64,000 nucleotides of DNA. Source: an uncultured Prevotellaceae bacterium (GTDB taxonomy: Bacteria; Bacteroidota; Bacteroidia; Bacteroidales; Muribaculaceae). Where the stretch lies: contig CAMYCE010000001.1 of assembly GCA_947254205.1 (NCBI GenBank), positions 35,274 to 99,273 of the forward strand, written 5' to 3'. Below, one piece after another: positions 37,492-47,737 of this stretch (the first letter of the stretch is position 1; each line of letters starts with the position of its first letter). The notes beneath the pieces are model-generated. The model searched no databases, was not told where the DNA came from, and worked only from the letters and a program-made list of their open reading frames with translations. The translations under genes and the position numbers were made by a program.

Positions 37492-37703
37492 GCATAACCG
37501 CCACACACACGCCTATCACCCCCAACTTCAATCGGCAGGAGGAGGGAGTGGGAGTGGAGTTGCTAAACAACAAAAAACAATGACCATGGGCAGGAAGCAC
37601 ACGATTGGGGTGTGAAAAATGATGGATAATGCTTATATTTGCAGTAGATTTAGATAAATTTCTTGTTTAACCCTTTTTAAATTCTACGACTACGACAACA
37701 AGT

Positions 37704-39614
37704 ATCAACAAATGGCGCATCGAAGATAGTGCCGAGCTCTATAACATCAATGGTTGGGGATTGAAATATTTTTCGATCAACGACGAGGGACATGTGACCG
37801 TGACGCCCAAGCAAAGTTGTGTGGGAGTTGACTTGGTTGAAGTGATGGACGAGTTGCACGCTCGCAACATCACAGCCCCCATCTTGCTGCGTTTTCCCGA
37901 CATTCTTGACAATCGCATCGAGAAACTCTCAAGTTGCTTCAAGAAGGCCGCCAAGGAATATGACTACAAGGCCGAAAACTTTGTAATCTACCCCATCAAG
38001 GTGAATCAAATGCGCCAAGTGGTCGAGGAAATCGTGATTCACGGCAAGAAATTCAAAATTGGCCTGGAGGCCGGCTCTAAACCCGAGTTGCACGCTGTGC
38101 TTGCCATCAACATGGGCGACATCAGCGACAACTCGCTCATCATTTGCAACGGCTACAAAGACGAGGGCTACATCGAGCTTGCCTTGCTTGCCCAAAAGAT
38201 GGGTCGTCGCATTTTTCTTGTAGTTGAGAAACTCAATGAGCTATTGCTCATTGCCCAAGTGGCGAGCCGGCTGGGCATCAAGCCCAACATTGGCATTCGC
38301 ATCAAGCTCTCGAGCAGTGGCAGTGGCAAGTGGGAGGAAAGTGGCGGTGACCGTAGCAAGTTTGGCCTCAACACAAGCGAACTTTTCTCGGCTCTCGACT
38401 TCTTGAAAGAGAACAAAATGACCGATTGCCTCAAGCTCATTCATTTTCACTTGGGCAGTCAAATCACCAAAATACGCCGCATCAAGAATGCCCTGCGCGA
38501 GGCTTCACAATTCTATGTGCAACTCTCGGCCATGGGCTTCAACATCGACTTTGTGGACATTGGTGGTGGCCTGGGCGTTGACTACGACGGTAGTCGCAAC
38601 AGTGCCAGCAGCTACTCGATGAACTATTCGATTCAAGAATATGTGAACGATGCTGTCTACACCTTTGTCGATGCTTGCGACAAGCACGCCATCAAGCACC
38701 CCAACATCATCAACGAGAGTGGTCGCAGCCTCACTGCCCATCACTCGGTGCTGGTGGTAGAGGTGCTCGAAAAAGCTGGTTTGCCACAGTGGGACGACGA
38801 AATCGACAAAGTGAGCGAAGACGACAACGAGTTGGTGAAAGACATGTTTGAAATATGGGACAAAATCAACAAAGCTCGCTTGCTCGAAGACTGGCACGAT
38901 GCCCTGCAAATACGCGAAGAGGCACTCGACCGCTTCAGCCTTGGCATGCTCGACCTGCGCACCCGTGCCATGATCGAAAAGCTCTTTTGGTCGATTGCCC
39001 GCGAGGTCAATGCCATTGCCAGCGAATTGCGTCATGCCCCCGACGAGTTGCGGGGTGTGAGCAAGATGCTCCCCGAAAAATACTTTTGCAACTTCTCGCT
39101 ATTCCAGTCCTTGCCCGATAGCTGGGCAATCGACCAAGTTTTTCCTGTGATGCCCATTGATCGACTCAACGAGTACCCCTCGCGCATGGCCACGATTCAA
39201 GACATCACCTGCGACAGCGATGGCAAAATCACCAATTTCACCTCGCCCACCGGCATCACCCATGCCCTGCCTGTACACCGCCTGCGCGAGAGCGAACGCT
39301 ACTACATGGGTGTGTTTCTTGTGGGTGCCTACCAAGAGATTTTGGGCGACATGCACAACCTGTTTGGCGACACCAACGCCGTGCACATCAACGTGTTTAA
39401 AGACCACTATGAAATCGACCAAGTGATTGATGGCGAAACAGTGGCCGAGGTGCTCGAATATGTGCAATTCAACTCCAAGCAACTGGTGCGCAACGTTGAG
39501 TCGTGGGTAACCGAGTCGATACGCACCGGCAAAATCACCAGCGACGAGGGCAACGAGTTTGTGCGCAACTATCGTTCGGGCCTGTATGGCTACACCTATT
39601 TAGAGCAAGAATAA
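37704..39614 (+). CDS. speA: Biosynthetic arginine decarboxylase
   Basis: 617 aa from the ORF-track TTG at 37761. The conserved N-terminus (KWRIEDSAELYNINGWGLKYFSINDEGHVTV, alignable to E. coli SpeA [21 protein letters not shown]) extends upstream of that TTG in the same frame. There is no in-frame ATG/GTG/TTG between the stop at 37668 and 37761; ATC at 37704 is the best near-cognate candidate. The start coordinate is therefore uncertain. Confidence 0.8.
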   Translation: MNKWRIEDSAELYNINGWGLKYFSINDEGHVTVTPKQSCVGVDLVEVMDELHARNITAPILLRFPDILDNRIEKLSSCFKKAAKEYDYKAENFVIYPIKVNQMRQVVEEIVIHGKKFKIGLEAGSKPELHAVLAINMGDISDNSLIICNGYKDEGYIELALLAQKMGRRIFLVVEKLNELLLIAQVASRLGIKPNIGIRIKLSSSGSGKWEESGGDRSKFGLNTSELFSALDFLKENKMTDCLKLIHFHLGSQITKIRRIKNALREASQFYVQLSAMGFNIDFVDIGGGLGVDYDGSRNSASSYSMNYSIQEYVNDAVYTFVDACDKHAIKHPNIINESGRSLTAHHSVLVVEVLEKAGLPQWDDEIDKVSEDDNELVKDMFEIWDKINKARLLEDWHDALQIREEALDRFSLGMLDLRTRAMIEKLFWSIAREVNAIASELRHAPDELRGVSKMLPEKYFCNFSLFQSLPDSWAIDQVFPVMPIDRLNEYPSRMATIQDITCDSDGKITNFTSPTGITHALPVHRLRESERYYMGVFLVGAYQEILGDMHNLFGDTNAVHINVFKDHYEIDQVIDGETVAEVLEYVQFNSKQLVRNVESWVTESIRTGKITSDEGNEFVRNYRSGLYGYTYLEQE

Positions 39615-39627
39615 CACAACTCCAAGC

Positions 39628-40395
39628 ATGGCACGCTATTTCATGACACTGAGCTATGATGGCACCCCCTTTCATGGGTGGCAAATTCAGCCTCACGACA
39701 ACTCGGTGCAAGAAACCATCGAGAAAGCTCTTGCCGTGCTCTTGCACACCCCCACCACCATCACGGGAGCAGGGCGCACCGACACAGGCGTGAATGCTGC
39801 CATGATGGTGGCTCACTTCGACACTGCCAAACCGCTCAACCCACAAGAGTTGCACAACCTGTTGCGCAGCCTCAATGCCATGGTGGGGCGAGCCATAGCC
39901 ATCTATGGCATTGTGCCAGTGGCTCCCGATGCTCATGCACGATTTGATGCCACAAGCCGCACCTATAAATATTTTGTGCACACTCGCAAGTCGCCATTCC
40001 TCAACAGTTATAGCTGGCATTGCCACTACAAGCTCAACTTTGAGCGCATGAACGAAGCAGCCTCAAGGCTCAAGGAGTTTACCGACTTCACCTCATTCAG
40101 CAAGTTGCACACCGACGTGAAAACCAACAATTGCCGCATCGACCATGCCCTGTGGACTCGCGAGGGCGAGAGCTGGGTGTTCACCATCACTGCCGATCGC
40201 TTTTTGCGCAACATGGTGCGCGCCATTGTGGGCACATTGGTTGATGTGGGCACGGGCAAAATCACAGTAGAGCAATTTTGCGAAATCATCGAGAAACGCG
40301 ACCGATGCTTGGCAGGCCAGTCAATGCCCGGCCATGCACTGTTTTTGTGGAACGTTACCTACCCCTACCCCATCACGCAGGTTCAAGAAAACTAA
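39628..40395 (+). CDS. truA: tRNA pseudouridine(38-40) synthase
   Basis: 255 aa. YDGTPFHGWQIQ..., GAGRTDTGVNA (catalytic Asp), and FLRNMVR. Confidence 0.9.
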   Translation: MARYFMTLSYDGTPFHGWQIQPHDNSVQETIEKALAVLLHTPTTITGAGRTDTGVNAAMMVAHFDTAKPLNPQELHNLLRSLNAMVGRAIAIYGIVPVAPDAHARFDATSRTYKYFVHTRKSPFLNSYSWHCHYKLNFERMNEAASRLKEFTDFTSFSKLHTDVKTNNCRIDHALWTREGESWVFTITADRFLRNMVRAIVGTLVDVGTGKITVEQFCEIIEKRDRCLAGQSMPGHALFLWNVTYPYPITQVQEN

Positions 40396-40674
40396 AGGCA
40401 CAAAAAAACGCCCGATTGGCGATTCACATCGACAAGTTGAGCGTTCTTTTAGATTAACTACTAAGAAGTGGTTTCCTAATCTTTTTTAACTAATAACTAA
40501 TTCACTTTTAAATTCCAGTAGCCACTGTTAGGAGGCTCTGTAATTTCTACATTGCAAAGGTAGGGCACAGTCGCCAACCCGACAATCACTCATTTTAGGT
40601 ATTTTGGAGATATTTTATAGCCATATATAATGGTTTTTACTATATTTGTCTCATAGATAAATAAAAAATTAATC

Positions 40675-41556
40675 ATGAAGAAATTTTTTCTACTACTCAT
40701 TATTGGCCTTGTGGCCAGCAGTGCAGGCGCGCAACTATTGTGGAAAGTGACTGGAGACAAGCTGGCAAAACCCAGCTATCTCTTTGGCACCTATCACCTC
40801 ATTTCGGGCAACTTCATCGACAGTGTGGCACAATTGCCTCGTGTGATACAAGACGTTGATGCAGTGTGGGTTGAAATTGAGGCCGACAGCATGAAAAATG
40901 CCAATTCCCTTGCCAAGTCGGCCCAAATGTTGCAAGCACCGCAAGACAGCACTCTCGACAAGTTGCTCAAGGGCGAAGACTTCAAGGTAGTGCAACAAGT
41001 CATCGACAAGCACTTTGGCATTTTGGGCGTGGGCATCGAGCCTTTCTTGCAACTCAAGCCTGCTGCAATCGCCAATCAGCTCGTCATGATTCAAGCTGCC
41101 CAAATCTTGCAGAACATCGACACCGGCAACCTGCTCGATGGGGCTGTGCAACGCCGAGTGAATGAGTTGGGCAAACCAGCTCACAGCCTCGAAACCACCG
41201 ACTTTCAAATCAATCTGTTCTTTGGCTCACCGCTCGCCAAGCAAGCCACCGATCTGCTCGAAATGTGCAAAGCCGATGACCACATGAGCGAAGCTCTCAC
41301 AAGCATGACTCGTGCCTATCAAGAGCAAAACCTCAAGAAGTTGCTCGAAATCATGCAAGACCCTGCCATTAGTGGCAACAAAGACGACTTGAAAGCACTC
41401 ATCTTTGACCGCAACCGCAACTGGGTGAAAAAACTGGTGCCTGTGATGGAGCAACAAAGCGTGCTGGTGGCTGTGGGCGCAGGACACTTGCCCATGGGTG
41501 AGGGACTCATCGAGCTATTGCGCCAAGCCGGCTACACCGTTGAGCCTGTGAAATAA
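40675..41556 (+). CDS. TraB/GumN family protein (secreted)
   Basis: 293 aa with a signal peptide. LFGTYHL... and the C-terminal GAGHL motif typical of TraB/GumN. Confidence 0.75.
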   Translation: MKKFFLLLIIGLVASSAGAQLLWKVTGDKLAKPSYLFGTYHLISGNFIDSVAQLPRVIQDVDAVWVEIEADSMKNANSLAKSAQMLQAPQDSTLDKLLKGEDFKVVQQVIDKHFGILGVGIEPFLQLKPAAIANQLVMIQAAQILQNIDTGNLLDGAVQRRVNELGKPAHSLETTDFQINLFFGSPLAKQATDLLEMCKADDHMSEALTSMTRAYQEQNLKKLLEIMQDPAISGNKDDLKALIFDRNRNWVKKLVPVMEQQSVLVAVGAGHLPMGEGLIELLRQAGYTVEPVK

Positions 41557-41693
41557 TCAATCGACTACAAGTACACTCCTCTTTTAGGGCTGTGCACATC
41601 AAGTGACAAAATGAAGGGAGAGATGCTATCGAAGCACCTCTCCCTGTTTTCTTAACTTAACAACCAATAATCAGAACTTGCTGACAGATTGAA

Positions 41694-42128
41694 TTATTGA
41701 ATTTCAATCACCTTGGTTTCTTTTTTCAACTCTTGTGCCGATTTCTTGGGCAGCACCACATTGAGCACTCCATTGTCGACCGATGCTGTGATTTTTTCGG
41801 CATCAACGTCTTCGGGCAAGAGCAAAGTTTGGTGGAACTTGGTGTAAGAGAACTCACGGCGCAGGTATTGTCCTTTTTTCTTGTCATCGCCTTCTTGAGT
41901 TTCCACCTTTTTTTCGAGGTCAACCACAAGGTTCTCATCTTCATCGAGGCTCACCTTGAAATCTTCTTTAGTCATGCCGGGAGCCGCCAGTTCAACAACA
42001 TATTCACTATCGCGCTCTATCACGTTGATAGCAGGAGCTGTGGCATTGGGTTTGGGCAAAAAATCGGTGTCAAAGAAATCGTTGAACACATCGGGCAACC
42101 AATTTGAATTTCTACGAGCTAATAACAT
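41694..42128 (-). CDS. Hsp20/alpha-crystallin family small heat-shock protein
   Basis: 144 aa alpha-crystallin domain (...ELAAPGMTKEDFKVSLDEDENLVV ... GVLNVVLPK). Confidence 0.88.
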   Translation of the reverse strand: MLLARRNSNWLPDVFNDFFDTDFLPKPNATAPAINVIERDSEYVVELAAPGMTKEDFKVSLDEDENLVVDLEKKVETQEGDDKKKGQYLRREFSYTKFHQTLLLPEDVDAEKITASVDNGVLNVVLPKKSAQELKKETKVIEIQ

Positions 42129-42417
42129 AACTTAATCCTCCTATAATTAAAACAATTAAACAATCTTTTTACTCAATATCGGGCTTCACCGGCTGAAGCT
42201 CACCCCTTAATCATGCAAATTGCGAGCCAACAAGAATTTTTATAGCACAAAGCACAATAGTGCGACAAAATGTCGCATATCATGACTATATTAAACAAAA
42301 TTACTTGCACATAGCGACTATTTGTCACATTTTTCCACCAAACTATAATAGAGCAACAAAACAAGAGGAAACTAAAGTTAGGCTTGAAATAGAAAATTGG
42401 CTAACTTTGCAATTGAA

Positions 42418-43725
42418 ATGAAAAAACATCTATACACCATAGTCGCATTGTGCTCGATAGCCACAATGGCACAAGCACAAGCTCCCACGGGCATGGCACA
42501 GCCACGCCTAAGACTCACACAAGTGGCCACCCCTCAACTGGGCAATAGCCACACTATCGACCTCGACACGGTGGAGCTCAAGCCCAGCACACTATTCATG
42601 CCTCTTGTGTTTAGCCATCAACAAGGTCAAAAAGCCGATTTTGATGAGATCAAGGAACATGGCCAGCAAGACTACACAAGCCAGTGGATCGACGACGCCA
42701 TTGCCAGCCATGAGCACGTTGATGCCACACGCTATCGCGCCATGGTGACCCATCCACAAGTCACCGAATACAACATCAACACACTGCCTGTGCCCCCAAA
42801 AGAACATGTGGTGACACCCGACCCTGCCAAAAATCGCCTGTCGGTGAGCACGGCACAAGTTGAAACTCCTGCAGCCATCGACCCCATTATCGAGCGTGGC
42901 GAAACACGAGTGCTCAACTGGTTGCACACGGCAGAAGCATCGCTCCACTTCACTCAAGCCTACATCAGCCAAAACTGGTATCAGGGCGGAGAAAACAACA
43001 TCAATGTGCTGGGCGACTTCAGGTGGACAGTGGCACTCAATCAAAAGTTGCACCCCAACTACCTGTTTGAAAACGACTTGCACTACAAGTTGGGAGTAAT
43101 GACTGCCCACAGCGACACCTTGCGCAACTATGCTATCAACGAAGACAACTTCTTGTTGAGCAGCAAGTTTGGCTACAAAGCCATCAAAAATTGGTATTAC
43201 TCGGCCACATTGCTGTTTAAAACACAGTTTTTCAATGCCTATAAATCAAATTCCAACAAGCTCACGGCTTCATTCCTCTCGCCGGGCGAACTCAACCTGG
43301 GTCTTGGTATGACCTATAACTACAAAGACAAAGAAGAATTTAAGGTTTTAAGCCTGTCGATTGCCCCACTATCCTACAACATGAAGATGTGTCGCGACAT
43401 CACCAAGCTCGATCCCACCACATTTGGCATCAAAACTGGCCAACACACACGACACACCTTTGGTAGCAATCTTGAGTGCAAATTCTTGTGGAAAATGAGT
43501 GCCAATATTTCATGGAACACACGATTCTATGTGTTCACCAACTATGAGTATGCTCAAGGCGACTGGGAAAACACACTCGATTTCTCGATCACGCGCCACC
43601 TCAACACCCAAATCTACACCCATCTGCGCTACGACAAGTCGCGCCCACGCCACGACGATTGGAAATACTGGCAATTTAAAGAAATTTTGAGTTTTGGACT
43701 CACCTATAAGTTCTCAACCAATTAA
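42418..43725 (+). CDS. Hypothetical outer-membrane protein (DUF3078-like beta-barrel)
   Basis: Internal Met at 42418 gives the signal peptide MKKHLYTIVALCSIATMAQAQ. Aromatic-rich and ends in ...GLTYKFSTN. The family assignment is from memory and tentative. Confidence 0.55.
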   Translation: MKKHLYTIVALCSIATMAQAQAPTGMAQPRLRLTQVATPQLGNSHTIDLDTVELKPSTLFMPLVFSHQQGQKADFDEIKEHGQQDYTSQWIDDAIASHEHVDATRYRAMVTHPQVTEYNINTLPVPPKEHVVTPDPAKNRLSVSTAQVETPAAIDPIIERGETRVLNWLHTAEASLHFTQAYISQNWYQGGENNINVLGDFRWTVALNQKLHPNYLFENDLHYKLGVMTAHSDTLRNYAINEDNFLLSSKFGYKAIKNWYYSATLLFKTQFFNAYKSNSNKLTASFLSPGELNLGLGMTYNYKDKEEFKVLSLSIAPLSYNMKMCRDITKLDPTTFGIKTGQHTRHTFGSNLECKFLWKMSANISWNTRFYVFTNYEYAQGDWENTLDFSITRHLNTQIYTHLRYDKSRPRHDDWKYWQFKEILSFGLTYKFSTN

Positions 43726-43744
43726 GAAATCACCCATCACCACG

Positions 43745-44362
43745 ATGCATCTCTCCTCTTGCAAATTATTGCCACACATTGTGCTACTCTTGATAGCTTG
43801 TCGAATGATTTTGCCGGCAACAGCAGGAGCCAACGACCTGCCTCAACGATCGGTGGTGTTGCCTGGCATCAGCGAAGATAGCATGAGGGTGAGACTCGAC
43901 GAGAGCGACTTGCAACCCATTGAGGGCATTTGGCATTATCCCAACGAGCAAATCACTCTTGCTATCGAAAAATGGCACGACGTGAAAAACATAGCCTATC
44001 GCCTCGTGCTACTGGAAAGTCAAGACCTCGACTTGCTGCCGGGCACAGTGATGGGTTATATTGCCCCAAGTGCTATCGACAACAAATTTAAATTGTGGCT
44101 TTATAGCGAGCGCGACCACTCGTTGCTCTCGACACCGCTTGAGTGTGTGGCCACTCTCAATGCCACAGCCACATCGCTCACATTCGATCCTCCACATTGG
44201 GAGGTGAAAACACGAATTAACATTGCTCGATTCCTGCCCTCAATATTTGGGCGGTTCTCAATTACTCCCGAAAAGAAACAAGAGAAATTGCCAATGGGAT
44301 TTAATAAGATTTATCCCATGGGAGGCAATGGCAATGCTTTTAACGAAATTAGGTATCTATGA
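43745..44362 (+). CDS. Hypothetical secreted protein or lipoprotein
   Basis: Internal Met gives MHLSSCKLLPHIVLLLIACRMILPATAGA (signal peptide, possible LIAC lipobox). No recognisable domain. The stop overlaps the next start (ATGA). Confidence 0.5.
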   Translation: MHLSSCKLLPHIVLLLIACRMILPATAGANDLPQRSVVLPGISEDSMRVRLDESDLQPIEGIWHYPNEQITLAIEKWHDVKNIAYRLVLLESQDLDLLPGTVMGYIAPSAIDNKFKLWLYSERDHSLLSTPLECVATLNATATSLTFDPPHWEVKTRINIARFLPSIFGRFSITPEKKQEKLPMGFNKIYPMGGNGNAFNEIRYL

Positions 44363-44850
44363 CAAAATGTGCCACCACATTGATGTGTATTGCCGTGCTG
44401 TGTGTGCTGATGCCCATGAACGTTGTGGCACGCACTCGCACCACTCAAAAGTCGCTGCGCAATGCAAGTGCAATAGTCGAGGCTTTGCCACTCGACTCGG
44501 TGGCTGTGGCTGAGAGTGGCATTAATCCCAATGCCGTGACCTTGCGAGGCTATAGCAAGCGAGCAAGCGACAGCAAAGAGTCGTTTTTTATCACCAACAA
44601 CACCGCTCACAGCATCACCAGCGTGAACATCATGCTGCGCTACACCACCATGAGCTCACAACTGTTGCATGAGCGCACTGTGACCCTGCCTGTAACCCTC
44701 AAAGCGGGGCAAAGCCAATTGGTGAGCATCAAGTCGTGGGACGTGCAACGACTTTTCTACCACTATGCAGGGCCCAAGCCACGCAAGAGTGCCACCCCCT
44801 ATAAGGTGGCTTTCAGGCTCACCGGCTATGCCATACCCGTGGGCAATTAA
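44359..44850 (+). CDS. Hypothetical secreted protein
   Basis: 163 aa with a signal peptide (MTKCATTLMCIAVLCVLMPMNVVA). Translationally coupled to the upstream ORF. Confidence 0.5.
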   Translation: MTKCATTLMCIAVLCVLMPMNVVARTRTTQKSLRNASAIVEALPLDSVAVAESGINPNAVTLRGYSKRASDSKESFFITNNTAHSITSVNIMLRYTTMSSQLLHERTVTLPVTLKAGQSQLVSIKSWDVQRLFYHYAGPKPRKSATPYKVAFRLTGYAIPVGN

Positions 44851-44923
44851 CTTCTTCACTCACACCGAAAAATTCAATTGAATTATAGGGGAGGGGGGCG
44901 AGATTAACAACAAGTAATCATTT

Positions 44924-45706
44924 CTATTGATTCAAGCTACCACCCAAGTAACACTTCACCTCACCCACCGGCAATTTTCCCACCAGCAGCAGTGGCACAC
45001 GGCTTGCATCGATCGACAGCCATGCGCTCAAGTCATCGCTCGATTTTTTGCGACCATCTTGTGTGAAGTGAAAAGTCACCTTGTGGGCTTGATGCTTGCT
45101 CTTGTTGCGCAATTTAATGGTCTCAACCCCTCGATATTGAATGGTGACCGTTTCTTTTCTCTTGCCCGAAAAAATAACAGTAGAATAGGAACGATTGCGC
45201 ACAAGATTGTTGAAATCGAGATTGCGCAACATGTAGAACACACTCACCATGTCGTAGGCATTGCCAGGACTTGAGAGGCTCACATGCTGAGTGGGCTTGC
45301 CGCGACGAGTGCGAGTGCACTGTGCCGAAGTTTTGCCACTGCCACGAGTGAAACTCACCACATCGTGGGCAAAATAGTTTTTCTCGTGAGTGATTTTCTC
45401 ATATCGTGTGGGCAAAAAATCACCCGTCATGTAGCACTTGAGCGTGTCGCGCACAGGGTAAATGTTATCGGCCCACGAGCGTGTCTTGCCAATGAGTTGG
45501 GCATAATAGCCTGCCCCCGAACGTTGAATCGACAACTGAGCATTGCCCGCATGTTTCCAAATGATGCCCCAGTGATACACAATTTGATAGTTCAAGGTTT
45601 CGGTTGTGTAGCTACGAGCCGGAGCCTCTTGTGCCCCCACAACTGCAAAGGCAAGCATTACCACAAAGGCCAGCATTACACGTTTTAAAGCATTGAAAAT
45701 CTTCAT
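44924..45706 (-). CDS. Hypothetical secreted protein (DUF3108-like)
   Basis: 260 aa with a signal peptide (MLAFVVMLAFAVVGAQEA). Convergent with the preceding operon. Confidence 0.5.
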   Translation of the reverse strand: MKIFNALKRVMLAFVVMLAFAVVGAQEAPARSYTTETLNYQIVYHWGIIWKHAGNAQLSIQRSGAGYYAQLIGKTRSWADNIYPVRDTLKCYMTGDFLPTRYEKITHEKNYFAHDVVSFTRGSGKTSAQCTRTRRGKPTQHVSLSSPGNAYDMVSVFYMLRNLDFNNLVRNRSYSTVIFSGKRKETVTIQYRGVETIKLRNKSKHQAHKVTFHFTQDGRKKSSDDLSAWLSIDASRVPLLLVGKLPVGEVKCYLGGSLNQ

Positions 45707-45762
45707 ATAAGATCATTTATTTTTTCATTTTAATTTAGACCCCCTAAGCTTCAAAAGGTTTA

Positions 45763-45949
45763 ACCCAAATCGGGCATTAGGTTTCTTTGTATTTGACAAT
45801 TTATTTTGAGGGGTTTTTGATTGATTTTGAGGGCGTTTAGCGGGCTAAACAACCGAAAAAAACAGTCAAAAAGAACCAAAATAAATGGCAAAGATGAAGA
45901 AAAGCCCAAAATATTATCTTCATGCGACCTAATGACCGATTGGGGTTTA
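45763..45949. repeat. MITE-like element, copy 2 (full length, ~187 bp)
   Basis: AACCCAAATCGGGCATTAGGT ... ACCTAATGACCGATTGGGGTT. About 90% identical to copy 3 across its length, in the same orientation. The short ORF-track ORFs inside it are spurious. Confidence 0.75.
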
Positions 45950-46032
45950 ACCCTCAAAACACAGAATCACACTCCACTGCAAGCCGTGGAGTGTGATTCT
46001 CTATTTTGATATTGCTCTGAAAAAGATAGAAC

Positions 46033-47700
46033 TTATTTCTCGATTTCTTCAACTTTCAAGCGATCGCCCGATCCACGAGCAACAGTCTCGTAGTATTCTT
46101 GGGTGTATCCACCAAAGTTGGGTTGCACGGGAGTGCCAGCCTCGTTGCGCTCAAACTCGCCATTTTTTTCCTTCTTGATATTGCCGTCAAGATATTTCAC
46201 AAAGAGATATTTGGCAAGTTTTTGATATTGTTGAGTAGCATCTTGAGCACTGGTTGCGCTATAATTGGTGAGGAATTTCACAGCTTGAGCAGGATTGCTC
46301 TTGCACAATTCTTGAGCCTTGGCCTCGATTGTGGCTTGATTTTTCTCGAAACCGTCTTCAAGACCACCCTGCACCTTGCGAATGTCCTTAATCATGTAGC
46401 TATAGCGGTTGTAGGCTTGATTGGCAACCAAGTTGTTAACCCAAAATGCCGAACCAAAGTCGAAGGTATAGAGATCGGCCTTGCCACGACGATAGCTCTC
46501 GGGCACCTCGGTGATAGAGCAATACATGGGCACAAACACGGCAGTGTTGGCATCGTCAACACCAAACCACAGGCAACCTCCCACGGCATTGGGCAACCAA
46601 GAGCGCATTTGCGACACAAACACCCAACCAGTTTGCTGAGTGGCAATAGCACGCTCATGGCTATAGGTCACGCCATCAACCTTAAACTCCATGGGACGCC
46701 AGCGATAGGGCACGCCATAGTAGTTGGTGGCACCGGGATCTTTGGTCATGTCGAAGGGAGTGCCCTCATAGTGGTCGCGCATCATGTTTTGCAAGTCGCG
46801 ATTGCTCACTTTGCGATCGGGTTTCACATAGAGGGGCATCACATCAACATTTTTCTTGCCACGAATGAAGGGCAAATAGGCATCCATGCCACTCTTGAAG
46901 CGATTGAAATAGCTCCACACACGTGCATCACAACCACGCAAGCTACCAAAGGTGCGAGGCGAATAGGCAGTAGAGAATTCAAAATCGGCATCTTTGCCAG
47001 TAAAGTAACCCATCTTGCGGGCAAACGAAATCACGTCTTTGCTATACAAGCAGTTGGCCTTGTCTTTCAAGGGGAACTTATAGATGCGGCTTTGGTTGGC
47101 ATGACCACTGATGCAGTCGTCGGGAATGCGCATAGCCACCCACACGGCACCTTTCTCCTTGGCACCCTTGCCAATCAACTCCATCACCCAAATTTCGTTG
47201 GGGTCGCCAATCGAGAACGACTCGCCACCACTGCAATAGCCATATTTTGCTACCAAGTCGGTCATCACTTTAATGGCTTCGCGAGCAGTTTTGGAACGCT
47301 GCAAGGCCACATAGATGAGGCTACCATAGTCCATGATCGACTTGCCCGATTGGTCGGTGAGTTCTTCACGACCTCCCCAAGTCGACTCGGCAATAGTGAC
47401 TTGGTGCTCGTTGATGTTGCCCACCACGGCATAGGTGTGGGGCACCTCGTCGATTTTGCCCAAAAACACGCCCGAATCCCAGTCGCGAATGTCGCGCATC
47501 GAGCCGGGCTGATGATCGGCTGCCGGCAAATATTGCAAGTCGCCATAGAGCACATGAGCATCGGCAGCATAGGTGATCAAGGTGCTACCATCGGTCGATG
47601 CTTTTTTACCTACCAGCAAATTAGTACAAGCCAGTGCTTCAACCCCGGCAAAGGTTGCGGCTGCAACCAACAAAAGTGTGAAATTTTTTCTGATATTCAT
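46033..47700 (-). CDS. C69-family dipeptidase (secreted)
   Basis: 555 aa. Signal peptide followed directly by the nucleophile Cys (EALACTNLLVGKKASTDGS), the hallmark of Peptidase_C69. Confidence 0.85.
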   Translation of the reverse strand: MNIRKNFTLLLVAAATFAGVEALACTNLLVGKKASTDGSTLITYAADAHVLYGDLQYLPAADHQPGSMRDIRDWDSGVFLGKIDEVPHTYAVVGNINEHQVTIAESTWGGREELTDQSGKSIMDYGSLIYVALQRSKTAREAIKVMTDLVAKYGYCSGGESFSIGDPNEIWVMELIGKGAKEKGAVWVAMRIPDDCISGHANQSRIYKFPLKDKANCLYSKDVISFARKMGYFTGKDADFEFSTAYSPRTFGSLRGCDARVWSYFNRFKSGMDAYLPFIRGKKNVDVMPLYVKPDRKVSNRDLQNMMRDHYEGTPFDMTKDPGATNYYGVPYRWRPMEFKVDGVTYSHERAIATQQTGWVFVSQMRSWLPNAVGGCLWFGVDDANTAVFVPMYCSITEVPESYRRGKADLYTFDFGSAFWVNNLVANQAYNRYSYMIKDIRKVQGGLEDGFEKNQATIEAKAQELCKSNPAQAVKFLTNYSATSAQDATQQYQKLAKYLFVKYLDGNIKKEKNGEFERNEAGTPVQPNFGGYTQEYYETVARGSGDRLKVEEIEK

Positions 47701-47737
47701 GTTAGTAATTGTTTATATATTCTTAATGAAACACAGG

